A DNA stretch of 26,371 nucleotides, from the NCBI GenBank assembly GCA_963733195.1, contig CAVTCR010000079.1:1-26371 (forward strand). The letters are read 5' to 3'. The position numbers were made by a program, and so were the translations under genes. Under the pieces are notes generated by a model, which saw only the letters and a list, made by a program, of their open reading frames with translations, was not told the DNA's origin and did no database searches. Source of the DNA: an uncultured delta proteobacterium (GTDB lineage: Bacteria; Desulfobacterota; Binatia; Bin18). Below are positions 17,218-26,084 of this stretch, piece by piece (within the stretch, counting starts at the first letter, position 1; every line of letters starts with the position of its first letter).

Positions 17218-18945
17218 TTATGCGTAGTGCAACAGTTTCCCTGGCAGTAATCCGGTGGCTTTGCCATCCTCAAAGGTCACTTGGCCGTTGACCATGATCC
17301 AGCGATATCCCTCTGCGCCTTGTACGCGCCGCCAGTTGTTCGGAGGGACATCGTACAGGACTTCCATCGGTTTCACAGCTAGTTTTGCCAGATCATAGAC
17401 GAGGATGTCAGCGGCTAAGCCTTCCTTAATCGCGCCACGATCGCGGAACCCTGCCACCCATGCAGGCAGATAGCTCAAGTGATAATGCGCCTGCTCCAAC
17501 GTGATCATGCCGGTATCACGCACCATCCACGTTAAGAGATCCGTGACATACGCGCCCAAGGTTTGGAACTTGGTATGAGCGCCGCCGTCGGAGAAACCCG
17601 CGACTGTCCGATGACTCAACATCTCCTTGCAATACTCGGGGCTCTGGTTACGCACGGGGGTGAGCCATTCCGTCTTCCAGTTGTCCGCAGCGGAGATGTC
17701 AATGAGCACATCAATGACGTGCTTGTTCTCCTCTCTAGCGATGTCTCCCACAACTCGATCCCGGTACTTATTACGCAACTCTACATTTTCAATCTTGCGG
17801 CAGACAAAGTTGGCGATATCCCCCAAGGCTTTCGGTTGTTTCGTGCGGTCATACTCTTCCCGCATCGCCTGGCGCAGTTTGGGATTGACCAGCTTCACTT
17901 TACGTTCTTCCGCAGTCCCCAACGTCGCCTCACGCCACGCATCCACATTGTCAAAAAGATTCCACTGTTCTTCGAGAGAAAAACGGAAATCGAGCCGCAT
18001 CGTCAAGCCATGCGCCACTAGCGGTACGCCTTTCTTGTTGCACTCGTCCACCACATTCAACATCGTGCGAAAGACTTGTGGTCTCTCATCTGTCACGAGC
18101 ACGGCGTTGAACAGCGTCGGTCGACCGCTCAACTCAGCGAGCCGTCCTGCAAAGCCCATATCTCGTCGAGGACCTTCGGTCCCCTCATCTAACGCGCCGG
18201 ACACCTGGGCGAACTGAATCGTGCCGCGATCGTACTCGCTGAGCGCCTTGGCCATATTGAGGTAAAACTCGTCACCCATCAGGTCCGAGACCATCAGCGT
18301 CCCGTCATAGTCACGCTGCACAGAGGCGCCGTAGCCGGTGAGTCGTTGCGCTGCCCAACCGCCAGCGCCGGACGCCATAGCTTCATGGAGGACGCGGATG
18401 ATTTCCGCCATCTCCTTTTCATTTGGCTGGCGGGCTTTTGCTTCATTCCAGCCGCCCATCACATAGCTCACTAGCGGTGTGACGGGCACGAGTTGGATCA
18501 TGTTGATCGCCTTGGGCATGCGATCGATGTGATCCATCCATTGTGGGAAGGTTTCCCAATCAAAGGGCATGGTCGCCTTCATTGCCTCGAACGGAATTGC
18601 TTCGTTACGCTCCATAGAGAGCATGGAGCGATCCGCATCTTTATGACGAACCGGCGCAAAGCCGAAACCGCAGTTGCCATTGGTGACAGAAGTCACGCCA
18701 TGCCAACTGCCGATCGTGCAATGCGGGTCCCAGTGAATCGGCGCATCGTAGTGCGCGTGCAAGTCAACCGCTCCGGGCGCGACGATCAAGCCTGAAGCAT
18801 CCAATACTTGTGTGGCGTCGCTGCTTTTGAGATGGCCGATCTTGGTGATCGTCCCATTTTTGATGCCGACATCAGCACGGTAAGGCGGTACCAGCGTACC
18901 GTCAACGATCGTTCCTCCCTTAATAAGGGTATCAAACTCTGCCAT
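17218..18945 (-). CDS. Amidohydrolase, N-acyl-D-amino-acid deacylase-like
   Basis: IKGGTIVDGT, APGAVDLHAHYD, GNCGFGFAP, SDGGAH, DRGAIKEGLAADI and VNGQVT motifs. Confidence 0.92.
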   Translation of the reverse strand: MAEFDTLIKGGTIVDGTLVPPYRADVGIKNGTITKIGHLKSSDATQVLDASGLIVAPGAVDLHAHYDAPIHWDPHCTIGSWHGVTSVTNGNCGFGFAPVRHKDADRSMLSMERNEAIPFEAMKATMPFDWETFPQWMDHIDRMPKAINMIQLVPVTPLVSYVMGGWNEAKARQPNEKEMAEIIRVLHEAMASGAGGWAAQRLTGYGASVQRDYDGTLMVSDLMGDEFYLNMAKALSEYDRGTIQFAQVSGALDEGTEGPRRDMGFAGRLAELSGRPTLFNAVLVTDERPQVFRTMLNVVDECNKKGVPLVAHGLTMRLDFRFSLEEQWNLFDNVDAWREATLGTAEERKVKLVNPKLRQAMREEYDRTKQPKALGDIANFVCRKIENVELRNKYRDRVVGDIAREENKHVIDVLIDISAADNWKTEWLTPVRNQSPEYCKEMLSHRTVAGFSDGGAHTKFQTLGAYVTDLLTWMVRDTGMITLEQAHYHLSYLPAWVAGFRDRGAIKEGLAADILVYDLAKLAVKPMEVLYDVPPNNWRRVQGAEGYRWIMVNGQVTFEDGKATGLLPGKLLHYA

Positions 18946-18967
18946 AGCGCCCTCCTTTGTAGAGCAA

Positions 18968-18992
18968 TAGGGAAGAGGCGTGCTCTTCCCTA
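18968..18992. terminator. Intergenic hairpin between the two amidohydrolase genes
   Basis: TAGGGAAGAG-GCGTG-CTCTTCCCTA perfect 10-bp stem; no U-tract. Confidence 0.4.
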
Positions 18993-19025
18993 CTCTTCGA
19001 CTGGTTCGTGTAGGAAAGCCTCACT

Positions 19026-20774
19026 CTACGCAGCTACATCGTAACTCCGCAGCATCTTCCCCGGTAACGCTCCTGTACAATTACCGTGGTCGAAGGTGAC
19101 CTGACCGTTGACGATAAGATAGTCGTAACCGTCAGCTTTTTGGACTCGCCGCCAATCGCCGTCGGGCAGATCTTGCACCGTCTCCATCGGCCGCACCGCC
19201 AGCTTTTCCAACTCGTAGACCACGATGTCGGCCGGCATACCTTCGCGCAGCCAGCCACGGTCGCGGATGCCGATGGCCCAACCCAGCATCGCCGAGAGCC
19301 GCCAGTGCGCTTCTTCCAACGTCATAATCTGCTTGTCGCGCACCCAGTGGGCGAGGAAGTGAGTGGGATACCTGCCCAGGGTCAGGAACTTGGTGTGAGC
19401 CCCGCCATCTGAGGCGCCGATCAGGCACAGCGGGTGCTTGATGATCGTGGTCAGGGCCTCCTCATCATTGTTGATGAAACCCTGCATGGCGAACGTGGTC
19501 TTCAGGTCTTCTTCCACCGACAGGTCCAGCAGGGTGTCGATCGGATGCTTCCCCTGCTCTTTGGCGATCTCCCCAATCGTCCGGCCTTTCAGGGACTTGT
19601 TCTTGGCCAAATGCACGTCATCAATGAACGTCTCATCCCAGCGGAACATCCGCACCTGACCCTGCTCGCCGTCTGGACTCGTGCCCGGCATCAACGTCGG
19701 TGCTTTCTCCATATCGCGCTTCATGGCTGGACGCCGAGTCGGGTCCGCCAGTTTGGCCTTGCGCTCTTCGAGGGTGCCGACCGTGGCTTCGTTCCACGCC
19801 GGCAGTTGATCGAAGAGACCGATAGTTTCCAGGGTGAACTCAAACTCGATCGGCATGCAGATATTAACCGCCAGCACTGGTGCTTCGCGATAGGCCTTCT
19901 CCGTCCACGCCAGTTGCTCACGCCAGGTATTGGGAGAGGTAGGATCATAGATGACCGCGTTCCAGTTCACCGGCCGCCCGCTGGTTTTGGCCAGTTCCAG
20001 GAGGAAGTCCATCCCTAGACCCTGGAGGGCGTGGCCCATCGTCCACTCAATAGAGCCACGGTTGAACTCCCGCATGACCTTGGCCATTTCCAAGAACTCT
20101 TCGCGCGGCGCCACATGCGTTGGCAGATAGCCGCCGTCATAGTCCCGGTTCGCCATACTGAAGCTAGCGGAAAAGCCAAACCCGCCCGCCTGTAAGCCTT
20201 CCCGCAGAATGTGCTTGATCTCCGCCACCTGCTCCGGCTTGGTCTTGTACTTTGGGTCCCGCGCCGCATCGTTGCCCAGCACCCAGGCGCGCAGCGGAGA
20301 GTACGGTACCAGCGAAGCCGCATTCACGCCCAGCTCGCCGCGGTCCAGGCTGTTGAGAAATTCGGGAAAGGTCTCCCAATCCCAACGCATCCCCGCCTGC
20401 ATGCAGGAGAGCGGGATGGATTCGGTGCGTTCCATGCGCCGCATGGCGCGATCGCGGTCCTCCGGGCGCACAGGGGCAAAGCCGAAGCCACAGTTGCCAA
20501 TCGCGACGGTCGTCACCCCATGCCAGCCTGACAATGTGGCATACGGGTCCCACTTCAAGCCGCCGCTCAAGGCCGCATCATAATGGGTGTGGATGTCCAT
20601 GAACCCGGGAGCCACGATACGGCCGGTGGCGTCGATGACGCGCGCCGCGCTCCCTTGGACGTTGCCCATAGCCACGATCTTCCCACCACGGACGCCAATA
20701 TCCCCCCGATAGGCAGGCATACGCAAGCCGTCGACGATCGTGCCGTTTTTGATCAACAGATCATACTCAGCCAT
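19026..20774 (-). CDS. Amidohydrolase, N-acyl-D-amino-acid deacylase-like (tandem paralogue)
   Basis: APGFMDIHTHYD, GNCGFGFAP and SDGGAH; start MAEYDLL parallels the paralogue's MAEFDTL; RBS AAGGAGG. Confidence 0.92.
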   Translation of the reverse strand: MAEYDLLIKNGTIVDGLRMPAYRGDIGVRGGKIVAMGNVQGSAARVIDATGRIVAPGFMDIHTHYDAALSGGLKWDPYATLSGWHGVTTVAIGNCGFGFAPVRPEDRDRAMRRMERTESIPLSCMQAGMRWDWETFPEFLNSLDRGELGVNAASLVPYSPLRAWVLGNDAARDPKYKTKPEQVAEIKHILREGLQAGGFGFSASFSMANRDYDGGYLPTHVAPREEFLEMAKVMREFNRGSIEWTMGHALQGLGMDFLLELAKTSGRPVNWNAVIYDPTSPNTWREQLAWTEKAYREAPVLAVNICMPIEFEFTLETIGLFDQLPAWNEATVGTLEERKAKLADPTRRPAMKRDMEKAPTLMPGTSPDGEQGQVRMFRWDETFIDDVHLAKNKSLKGRTIGEIAKEQGKHPIDTLLDLSVEEDLKTTFAMQGFINNDEEALTTIIKHPLCLIGASDGGAHTKFLTLGRYPTHFLAHWVRDKQIMTLEEAHWRLSAMLGWAIGIRDRGWLREGMPADIVVYELEKLAVRPMETVQDLPDGDWRRVQKADGYDYLIVNGQVTFDHGNCTGALPGKMLRSYDVAA

Positions 20775-20819
20775 GAGAACCCTCCTTTTGCTCAAACGAG
20801 CAGGGTAATTCAGTTCCGC

Positions 20820-20899
20820 GTACTGAGTAATGAGTTCCAAGGAGAAGAGTTTCTTCCGCCTTACTCAGCACTCAGGACTCAGCACTTACTTTGACTCAG
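20820..20899. repeat. Heptamer tandem/inverted repeat (ACTCAGC/G)
   Basis: ACTCAGC-ACTCAGG-ACTCAGC-ACT at 20863-20886 facing inverted GTACTGAGTAATGAGT at 20820-20835. Confidence 0.65.
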
Positions 20900-21198
20900 T
20901 TTTTAGTCCTCATTACTTATTCCTCAAAGCACGGTATTTTCCATTTGGTCCCACCTTCCGACCGATCCCCTTCAGTCGTTCCCCGTGGTAAGAGCTACCT
21001 TGACCACTAGCATACTGACATAGCCGTATACAATGAGTGGCGGCTTGCAGGAATGGCGCAGTTTCGTAGAGGTACCGTTTCCGTCCGTGAAGTCGAAAAC
21101 TGGATAGCTTGACGTGATCGTTCGATCTGGAGTAAGGCCAGAGTAGGAGCAACAGGAGGAAACCCTGATATCAGCAAGTAAACAAAGGAGGGAAAGCG

Positions 21199-21660
21199 AT
21201 GATTCGTCCAAAAAAAGTAGGGCATGTCGTACTGAAGGCGCGCGATCTCAAGCGCGCGGAACAGTTCTATACCGAAGTGCTGGGCATGGAGGTCGTCATG
21301 CGGCTCGACCGCCCACAGGGTCTACGTGGGGTCTTTTTCTCGCTTGGCGAGCAACACCATGACATCGCGGTCCTGGAAGTTCCGTCTGATGCAGACTTGG
21401 TGAAGGACAATCAAGTAGGATTACATCACATTGCCCTCCAAGTCGGCAGCTTCGCGGAATTGCAAGACTGCTATCGCACGCTCAAGGCACACAATGTGAC
21501 CATCACCCGCACCATCGACCATTTCATTACCAAGAGCATTTACTTTATCGATCCTGATGGTAACGGTTTGGAACTGTATTGTGATGTGGGAGACGATGGG
21601 CTCGAACGCATCCGGCGGGGCGAGGCTGCTGCGTTCGCTCCGCTTCAGTTTGATGCCTAA
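21199..21660 (+). CDS. VOC/glyoxalase family protein (extradiol dioxygenase-like single domain)
   Basis: VGHVVL, FYTEVLG, HHDIAV, GLHHIAL and SIYFIDPDGNGLEL motifs. Confidence 0.88.
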   Translation: MIRPKKVGHVVLKARDLKRAEQFYTEVLGMEVVMRLDRPQGLRGVFFSLGEQHHDIAVLEVPSDADLVKDNQVGLHHIALQVGSFAELQDCYRTLKAHNVTITRTIDHFITKSIYFIDPDGNGLELYCDVGDDGLERIRRGEAAAFAPLQFDA

Positions 21661-21715
21661 CGACACGGAGACGCGTGCGTAACGCCAGACTAATGCGACG
21701 AAGGAGGAACGCGCA

Positions 21716-22558
21716 ATGAAAAGTACAACAAAGCTCCGCCAGCTGTTGGCGCGCTCAGGCATGCTCGTAGCGCCAGGCGCACACGACGTAATGACCGCCC
21801 GGCTTGTCGAGGCAGAAGGTTTTGACGCCGTCTACCTCGGTGGCTTTGCGGCCTCAGCCAGTGCACTCGGCATTCCGGATCACTCATTGATCACCATGAC
21901 CGAGCTGCTTGACCACGCCCGCAATGTCGCCGCGGCGGTGAATATCCCGATTATGGCAGATATTGATGATGGGGGCGGCACACCGCTGAGCGTCCGCCGC
22001 ACCATCCGTTTGGCGGAACAAGCCGGCCTCGCCGCGGTCCATGTGGAGGACTTGGTCCCGGGCAAACATTTTGTTGGGCACAAGGATAAACTTTTTGCGA
22101 AAGACCAAACTGTCGACAAAATCAAAGCCGCTGTTGATGCCCGCACCGATCCCGATTTTGTCATCATTGCCCGCTCAGATGCGATTGGCGTGACCTCGCT
22201 GGATGATGCACTGGAACGGGGGCAGGCCTACGCCGAGGCAGGGGCGGATTTGCTGTTTCTCCCCTATCTACGTCCCAAAGACACCAAACGGGCGGTAGAG
22301 GCACTGTCGAAACCGTTGTTCAACGTCGTCATTGATACGCCGCAAGAGGAGCTGGCGCGAGCGGGACTCAAGGTGGCCGTCTATCCAGTGCAGTCGTTGT
22401 TCATCACTTATAAAGCCGTGCGCGACATGATGAAGGAGCTGAAGGCAACTGGGACCATCGCCAACTGGGCACAGCGCACGCCGTCGTGGGAGGAGTTCAA
22501 CAACTTCATCGGTGCCAATGAAGCCACAGAACTCGCGAAGCGGTATCGTATTGTCTAG
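21716..22558 (+). CDS. Isocitrate lyase/PEP mutase family enzyme
   Basis: APGAHDVMTARL, GIPD, PIMADIDDGGG, HVED, FVIIARSDA and AYAEAGADLLF motifs; lacks the KxCGH cysteine. Confidence 0.88.
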   Translation: MKSTTKLRQLLARSGMLVAPGAHDVMTARLVEAEGFDAVYLGGFAASASALGIPDHSLITMTELLDHARNVAAAVNIPIMADIDDGGGTPLSVRRTIRLAEQAGLAAVHVEDLVPGKHFVGHKDKLFAKDQTVDKIKAAVDARTDPDFVIIARSDAIGVTSLDDALERGQAYAEAGADLLFLPYLRPKDTKRAVEALSKPLFNVVIDTPQEELARAGLKVAVYPVQSLFITYKAVRDMMKELKATGTIANWAQRTPSWEEFNNFIGANEATELAKRYRIV

Positions 22559-22676
22559 CGTCGGCTTGCCGATCGAGATGGGAACCGGCGAATATGAGCG
22601 ATCCACAAAAAGGAAGAACGCTCGTCGGCCGTTAATGTCAAACAGTGACTCTATCTAACTGAAGGAGGATGATGCG

Positions 22677-23522
22677 ATGAAATTTGGTGTTGCGATGTTT
22701 GCGACGGATTATGCGATTCGTCCAGACGATCTTGCCCGTGAATGTGAGGCGCGCGGCTTTGAATCCGTCTGGTTCCCAGAACACACCCATATCCCTGCGA
22801 GCCGCAAGTCTCCCTGGCCTCTGGGTGGCGAGTTGCCGAAAGATTACTGGCATACACACGACCTGTTCGTCTCCATGATGGCGGCGGCGGCTGCAACCAA
22901 GACCATCAAAATCGGCAGCGGCATCTGTTTGGTGATCGAGCATGATCCCATCAAGCTAGCGAAAGAAGTGGCGTCGCTCGATATGCTGTCTAATGGTCGC
23001 CTGCTCTTCGGCATCGGTGGTGGGTGGAACGCCGAGGAGATGGAAAATCACGGCACGCCGTTCAAGAAGCGCTGGAAAGTCTTGCGCGAGAAGATCGAAG
23101 CAATGAAAGAAATCTGGACGAAAGACGCCGCAGAGTATCACGGCGAGTTCGTCAATTTTGATCCGATCTGGTGCCATCCCAAGCCGGTGCAGAAACCGTA
23201 TCCACCGATCCTGCTTGGCGTGCACAGCGGCAATGGTCTCAATCGCGTGGTGAACTACTGCGATGGCTGGATTCCGGTTGGTGCTGCCGTGCAAGATCTT
23301 CGCACCTCTCTGCAAGACTTGCGGTCGCGCGCGGAAAAGACAGGCCGAAATCCCAAAGAGTTATCGGTTTCGATCTTCATGGGACCGGACAAGGATGATG
23401 CGCTGAGGCAGTACCAAGAACTTGGTGTTGAACGGGTAGTCTTTGGCGTGCCCTCTGAAGGAAGAGACAAGGTGCTACCGATGTTAGACAAGTACGCAAA
23501 GGTCATTCCCAAGTTCGCGTAG
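22677..23522 (+). CDS. LLM-class F420-dependent oxidoreductase (Rv2161c-like)
   Basis: GFESVWFPEHTHIP, HDPIKLAKEVASLDMLSNGRLLFGIGGGWNAEE, PKPVQKPYPPI and DGWIP motifs. Confidence 0.88.
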   Translation: MKFGVAMFATDYAIRPDDLARECEARGFESVWFPEHTHIPASRKSPWPLGGELPKDYWHTHDLFVSMMAAAAATKTIKIGSGICLVIEHDPIKLAKEVASLDMLSNGRLLFGIGGGWNAEEMENHGTPFKKRWKVLREKIEAMKEIWTKDAAEYHGEFVNFDPIWCHPKPVQKPYPPILLGVHSGNGLNRVVNYCDGWIPVGAAVQDLRTSLQDLRSRAEKTGRNPKELSVSIFMGPDKDDALRQYQELGVERVVFGVPSEGRDKVLPMLDKYAKVIPKFA

Positions 23523-23529
23523 CGTCGCA

Positions 23530-23551
23530 GGGGCGTGCTCCGTCGCGCCCC
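23530..23551 (+). terminator. GC-rich hairpin after the LLM gene
   Basis: GGGGCGTG-CTCCGT-CGCGCCCC, 8 bp after the stop; weak U-tract. Confidence 0.45.
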
Positions 23552-23665
23552 GCTGGTTCATCCATATCTCATTGACATCAACAATTGTCCTTCGAGCGGC
23601 AAAATCATCTGCACCTCGAAGGGCAGTCCCGTCGTTATAGTGACTGTCTGTTAGTCAGCCTGATG

Positions 23666-23794
23666 TTAGAAGTCAGGAGATGTGACTTTTCCAGACGCCG
23701 AGACTTCCTCCAACCAAACATTGATGAGCGTCTCTGTTGAAACTCCCTGCTTGCGAGCACATTCCGTGAGTTTCTTGGCTAAACCTGGCTCCAA
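23666..23794 (-). pseudogene. C-terminal remnant of a CopG/RHH antitoxin (not in the ORF track)
   Basis: Reads LEPGLAKKLTECARKQGVSTETLINVWLEEVSASGKVTSPDF*; the stop lies within TTCTAAC, an attC R''-like box. Confidence 0.6.
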
Positions 23795-23865
23795 CCATAG
23801 CGTCGTCTTTCAGTTTCATCCAGAATCGTAACAAGGCCGGGGTCCAGTGCAGCGCAAAGTTAGGG
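23785..23865 (-). other. Truncated attC site of the mazEF cassette
   Basis: CCCTAAC overlapping the mazF stop, then TTTGCGCTGCACTGGACCCCGGCC; loop resembles that of attC 25901-25998; right arm ends after GGTTGGAGCCAG with no R' box. Confidence 0.65.
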
Positions 23866-24198
23866 GCCGATGATCTCATTCAGCCCCTCAATGGCCTGCG
23901 CAAGTTCCTCCGGGCTGACCTTCCCGAGTCGGGAACCGATTCGCTCCACCGCGAGCGTGCGAATTTGGCTGATCTTGACCCACGATTTCTTCGGAAGCCC
24001 TTTCGCCTGCAATTCGAGAGTCAGCGGAAACCCTGCTCGTTGAGGTTGACTGGTCAGCGCCACCGCAATCACCGTCCCTGAGCGGTCATTGAAGACGTCC
24101 TGGCTGAGGATGAGCACAGGACGTTGGCCCGCTTGTTCCCTGCCGCGGGTCGGGTTGAGATCAGCCCAGCGAATCTCTCCCCTCAGTATTCGGGCCAT
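23860..24198 (-). CDS. mazF: MazF/PemK endoribonuclease toxin
   Basis: [32 protein letters not shown]...SQIRTL..ERI. Confidence 0.93.
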   Translation of the reverse strand: MARILRGEIRWADLNPTRGREQAGQRPVLILSQDVFNDRSGTVIAVALTSQPQRAGFPLTLELQAKGLPKKSWVKISQIRTLAVERIGSRLGKVSPEELAQAIEGLNEIIGP

Positions 24199-24425
24199 TC
24201 TGCGGCATCCTCAGACATGCCTTCCTCAGCGAGCGCCTTCTCAAAGGTCGGATCAAGTTTCGCGCATTCCCTCGCCAAGCGACTCCTTTCCATACGGGCG
24301 AGCTTTTCCTCCACAGCCTCCTGAATCGCTTGACTACGGTTAGAAAACACGGCTCTCTCAACGAGTTTATCGAGACGTTCCAAGGTGGATTCATCAAGGG
24401 AGATCGCCACTTTTGCTCTAGACAC
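24183..24425 (-). CDS. Ribbon-helix-helix antitoxin partner of MazF
   Basis: [19 protein letters not shown]...[10 protein letters not shown]; overlaps mazF; GTG start after GGAGG. Confidence 0.85.
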   Translation of the reverse strand: MSRAKVAISLDESTLERLDKLVERAVFSNRSQAIQEAVEEKLARMERSRLARECAKLDPTFEKALAEEGMSEDAAEWPEY

Positions 24426-24438
24426 TTTGCACCTCCGA

Positions 24439-24457
24439 GTATGACCATATGTCATAC
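24439..24457. promoter_or_regulatory. Probable antitoxin operator
   Basis: Perfect IR GTATGAC-CATAT-GTCATAC immediately upstream of the antitoxin RBS. Confidence 0.65.
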
Positions 24458-24495
24458 CTTAAATGTGATCAACCTCCAGCGTGGTGACACCTGAC

Positions 24496-24592
24496 GAGGC
24501 TGTAGAAAAACTGTCTTTTGAAAAATTTGACTCGTGAATACAAAGGACTTGCTGACGCGAAAATTCAAAATTTGGGGGTTTCCTACAGCCTC
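24496..24592. mobile_element. 97-bp MITE with IS5/IS1182-like terminal inverted repeats
   Basis: TIRs GAGGCTGTAGAAAA / TTTCCTACAGCCTC (13/14 match); AT-rich interior with further imperfect IR; flanked by GAC / AAC. Confidence 0.75.
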
Positions 24593-24684
24593 AACGCCGC
24601 GCTTCAGCCGCTGCCGAGGGCCGAAGGCCCGAGGGCGCCCAGGCGCTGCGCGCCTGGGCGGTCGGCTGGAAGCGCTGGTTGGGC
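24589..24684 (-). other. Integron attC site
   Basis: Minus strand: R'' GCCCAAC, 5 nt, L'' CTTCCAGC ... L' GCTGAAG, 6 nt, R' GTT; one extra base in L''; begins 1 nt after the ICMT stop; GC-rich internal hairpins. Confidence 0.88.
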
Positions 24685-24685
24685 A

Positions 24686-25261
24686 TTAAAGAACATGCGG
24701 AACGATCATCTTGGTTTTCTTGCGATATGAGACGTACAACTCACCAAAAATGCTAATAAGAAATCTCTCCTCTTCGCGCGCTCGCCATACGAAACTCGGT
24801 ATCACGCAGGCCAAGACGATTAGGAAGGCAGGCGCGTTGTTAAATGCGACGGCTTGGCCAATCGCCAAAACTGACAAGCCCAGATAAATCGGGTGACGAA
24901 CGAGGCGATAGGGACCGCTCGTGATCACCCCGGTTTGATCACCCGCCTTCGGCAGGAGGCTCCATGCGGCCCCCAACTCTAAACGCGATTTCCAAACGAT
25001 GACAGAGCCCGTCACGGCGATCGCACACCCCACGACTCCCAAAGCCAGCGCCCAGGGGGCATGCGTGCTGCCGGCAAAAACGAACAGCGCGGGGAAGAAC
25101 AAGCCGAAAGCGCCGAAATTCGCAAACACTGCCAGTCGAGCGCGAACAGTCTTGTCCGGCATCGGTCGGTCCTCTGGGCCAGGCCGGCGCTTGCCGATAA
25201 ACATTGGGCTGGCCAAGGCCAGCAACGAGATGGCGCGTAGAAGCGCGACAGTGGGCGACAT
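24686..25261 (-). CDS. Isoprenylcysteine carboxyl methyltransferase (ICMT/PEMT) family membrane protein
   Basis: SGPYRLVRHPIYLG and REEERFL...FGELY..YRK motifs; several TM segments. Confidence 0.85.
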   Translation of the reverse strand: MSPTVALLRAISLLALASPMFIGKRRPGPEDRPMPDKTVRARLAVFANFGAFGLFFPALFVFAGSTHAPWALALGVVGCAIAVTGSVIVWKSRLELGAAWSLLPKAGDQTGVITSGPYRLVRHPIYLGLSVLAIGQAVAFNNAPAFLIVLACVIPSFVWRAREEERFLISIFGELYVSYRKKTKMIVPHVL

Positions 25262-25264
25262 GTA

Positions 25265-25891
25265 CTACTTGTCTCTCTTGCGCATGGTTTGGAGCACGAC
25301 CGGCAACAAGCCGACGGGAAGCATGTAGCTGATAGCGAGGGCCAGGAGCGGCTGATCGGCCCAACCCGCGCCGATCCCGGCGAAGACGAAAGCAGTGGGA
25401 ACACTGCCAAGAACCACGGCCATCAGAAACTTCTCAAATGGCATGCGACTTAGCCCGGCGAGGAACGTCATTGCTTCCGGGATGCTGTAGGGTAGGCTGC
25501 GCGTCAGAACGATGGCCCATACACCGGACCGGTCAAAAAAAACGCCCATCCTATCCATTGAACTAGGTCCTACGAACCGCAGCACGAAACGCCGCGCGTG
25601 GGTCCGCATCAGGAAGTAGGCGATAAGTCCAGACGTGATAAGAGCGAAACTGCCCACCAGTCCACCAACGACCGCGCCGTAAACAATCCCGAGCGCGGCG
25701 ATGATCGCCGTCTGTGGTACGGGTAAGATCAGGTCTGCCCATATCAGACCAATACCCAACACCCATGCCCACGCGTCATAGTCACGAAGACGTGACACAA
25801 CAGCGTTGGCCTCATCGATCGTCGGCATTCTCCCGGAACACGATGCCAGCATAAGCAATGCAGCGCCGACTATTGCGACAAGTAGTCTCAT
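25265..25891 (-). CDS. DedA/TVP38 (VTT) family membrane protein with lipoprotein-type signal peptide
   Basis: DLILPVPQTAII..LG..YG...G, AIVLTRSLP...EAMTFLAGLSRMPFEKF; N-terminus MRLLVAIVGAALLMLASC. Confidence 0.8.
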   Translation of the reverse strand: MRLLVAIVGAALLMLASCSGRMPTIDEANAVVSRLRDYDAWAWVLGIGLIWADLILPVPQTAIIAALGIVYGAVVGGLVGSFALITSGLIAYFLMRTHARRFVLRFVGPSSMDRMGVFFDRSGVWAIVLTRSLPYSIPEAMTFLAGLSRMPFEKFLMAVVLGSVPTAFVFAGIGAGWADQPLLALAISYMLPVGLLPVVLQTMRKRDK

Positions 25892-25900
25892 CCGCCAAAT

Positions 25901-25998
25901 GCCCAACGGTCCCAGTCACCGTTTGCCGCCCCATCGTGTCCTTTCAGGTTCAGCAGTCTCCGCACGCGGGCGGCAATACGGTGCAGGGTTTGTTATAT
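25901..25998 (-). other. Integron attC site
   Basis: Minus strand: R'' ATATAAC, 5 nt, CTGCACCG-TATTGCCGCCC ... GGGCGGCAAA-CGGTGA ... R' GTTGGGC; this R' is the exact complement of R'' GCCCAAC of the next attC. Confidence 0.85.
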
Positions 25999-26084
25999 TT
26001 CGTTTGACGTAGTGCCATTGGCAAACGACAATCGAGCGTGCGCATCCTACGCCATTTCCAGCACCCTGAATACGCGCGGCACAC

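Noticed and set aside
20820-20899. CRISPR array
   Set aside because: 7-nt units without spacers and no cas genes; no CRISPR, tRNA or rRNA recognised anywhere in the window
21655-21715. GCCTAAC at the VOC gene stop as an attC
   Set aside because: No complementary right arm; ordinary operon spacer
23673-23879. 68-aa ORF after mazF, and the 70-aa ORF at 24518-24730
   Set aside because: They run through attC or MITE sequence; the protein-like signal near 23666-23794 is in a different frame
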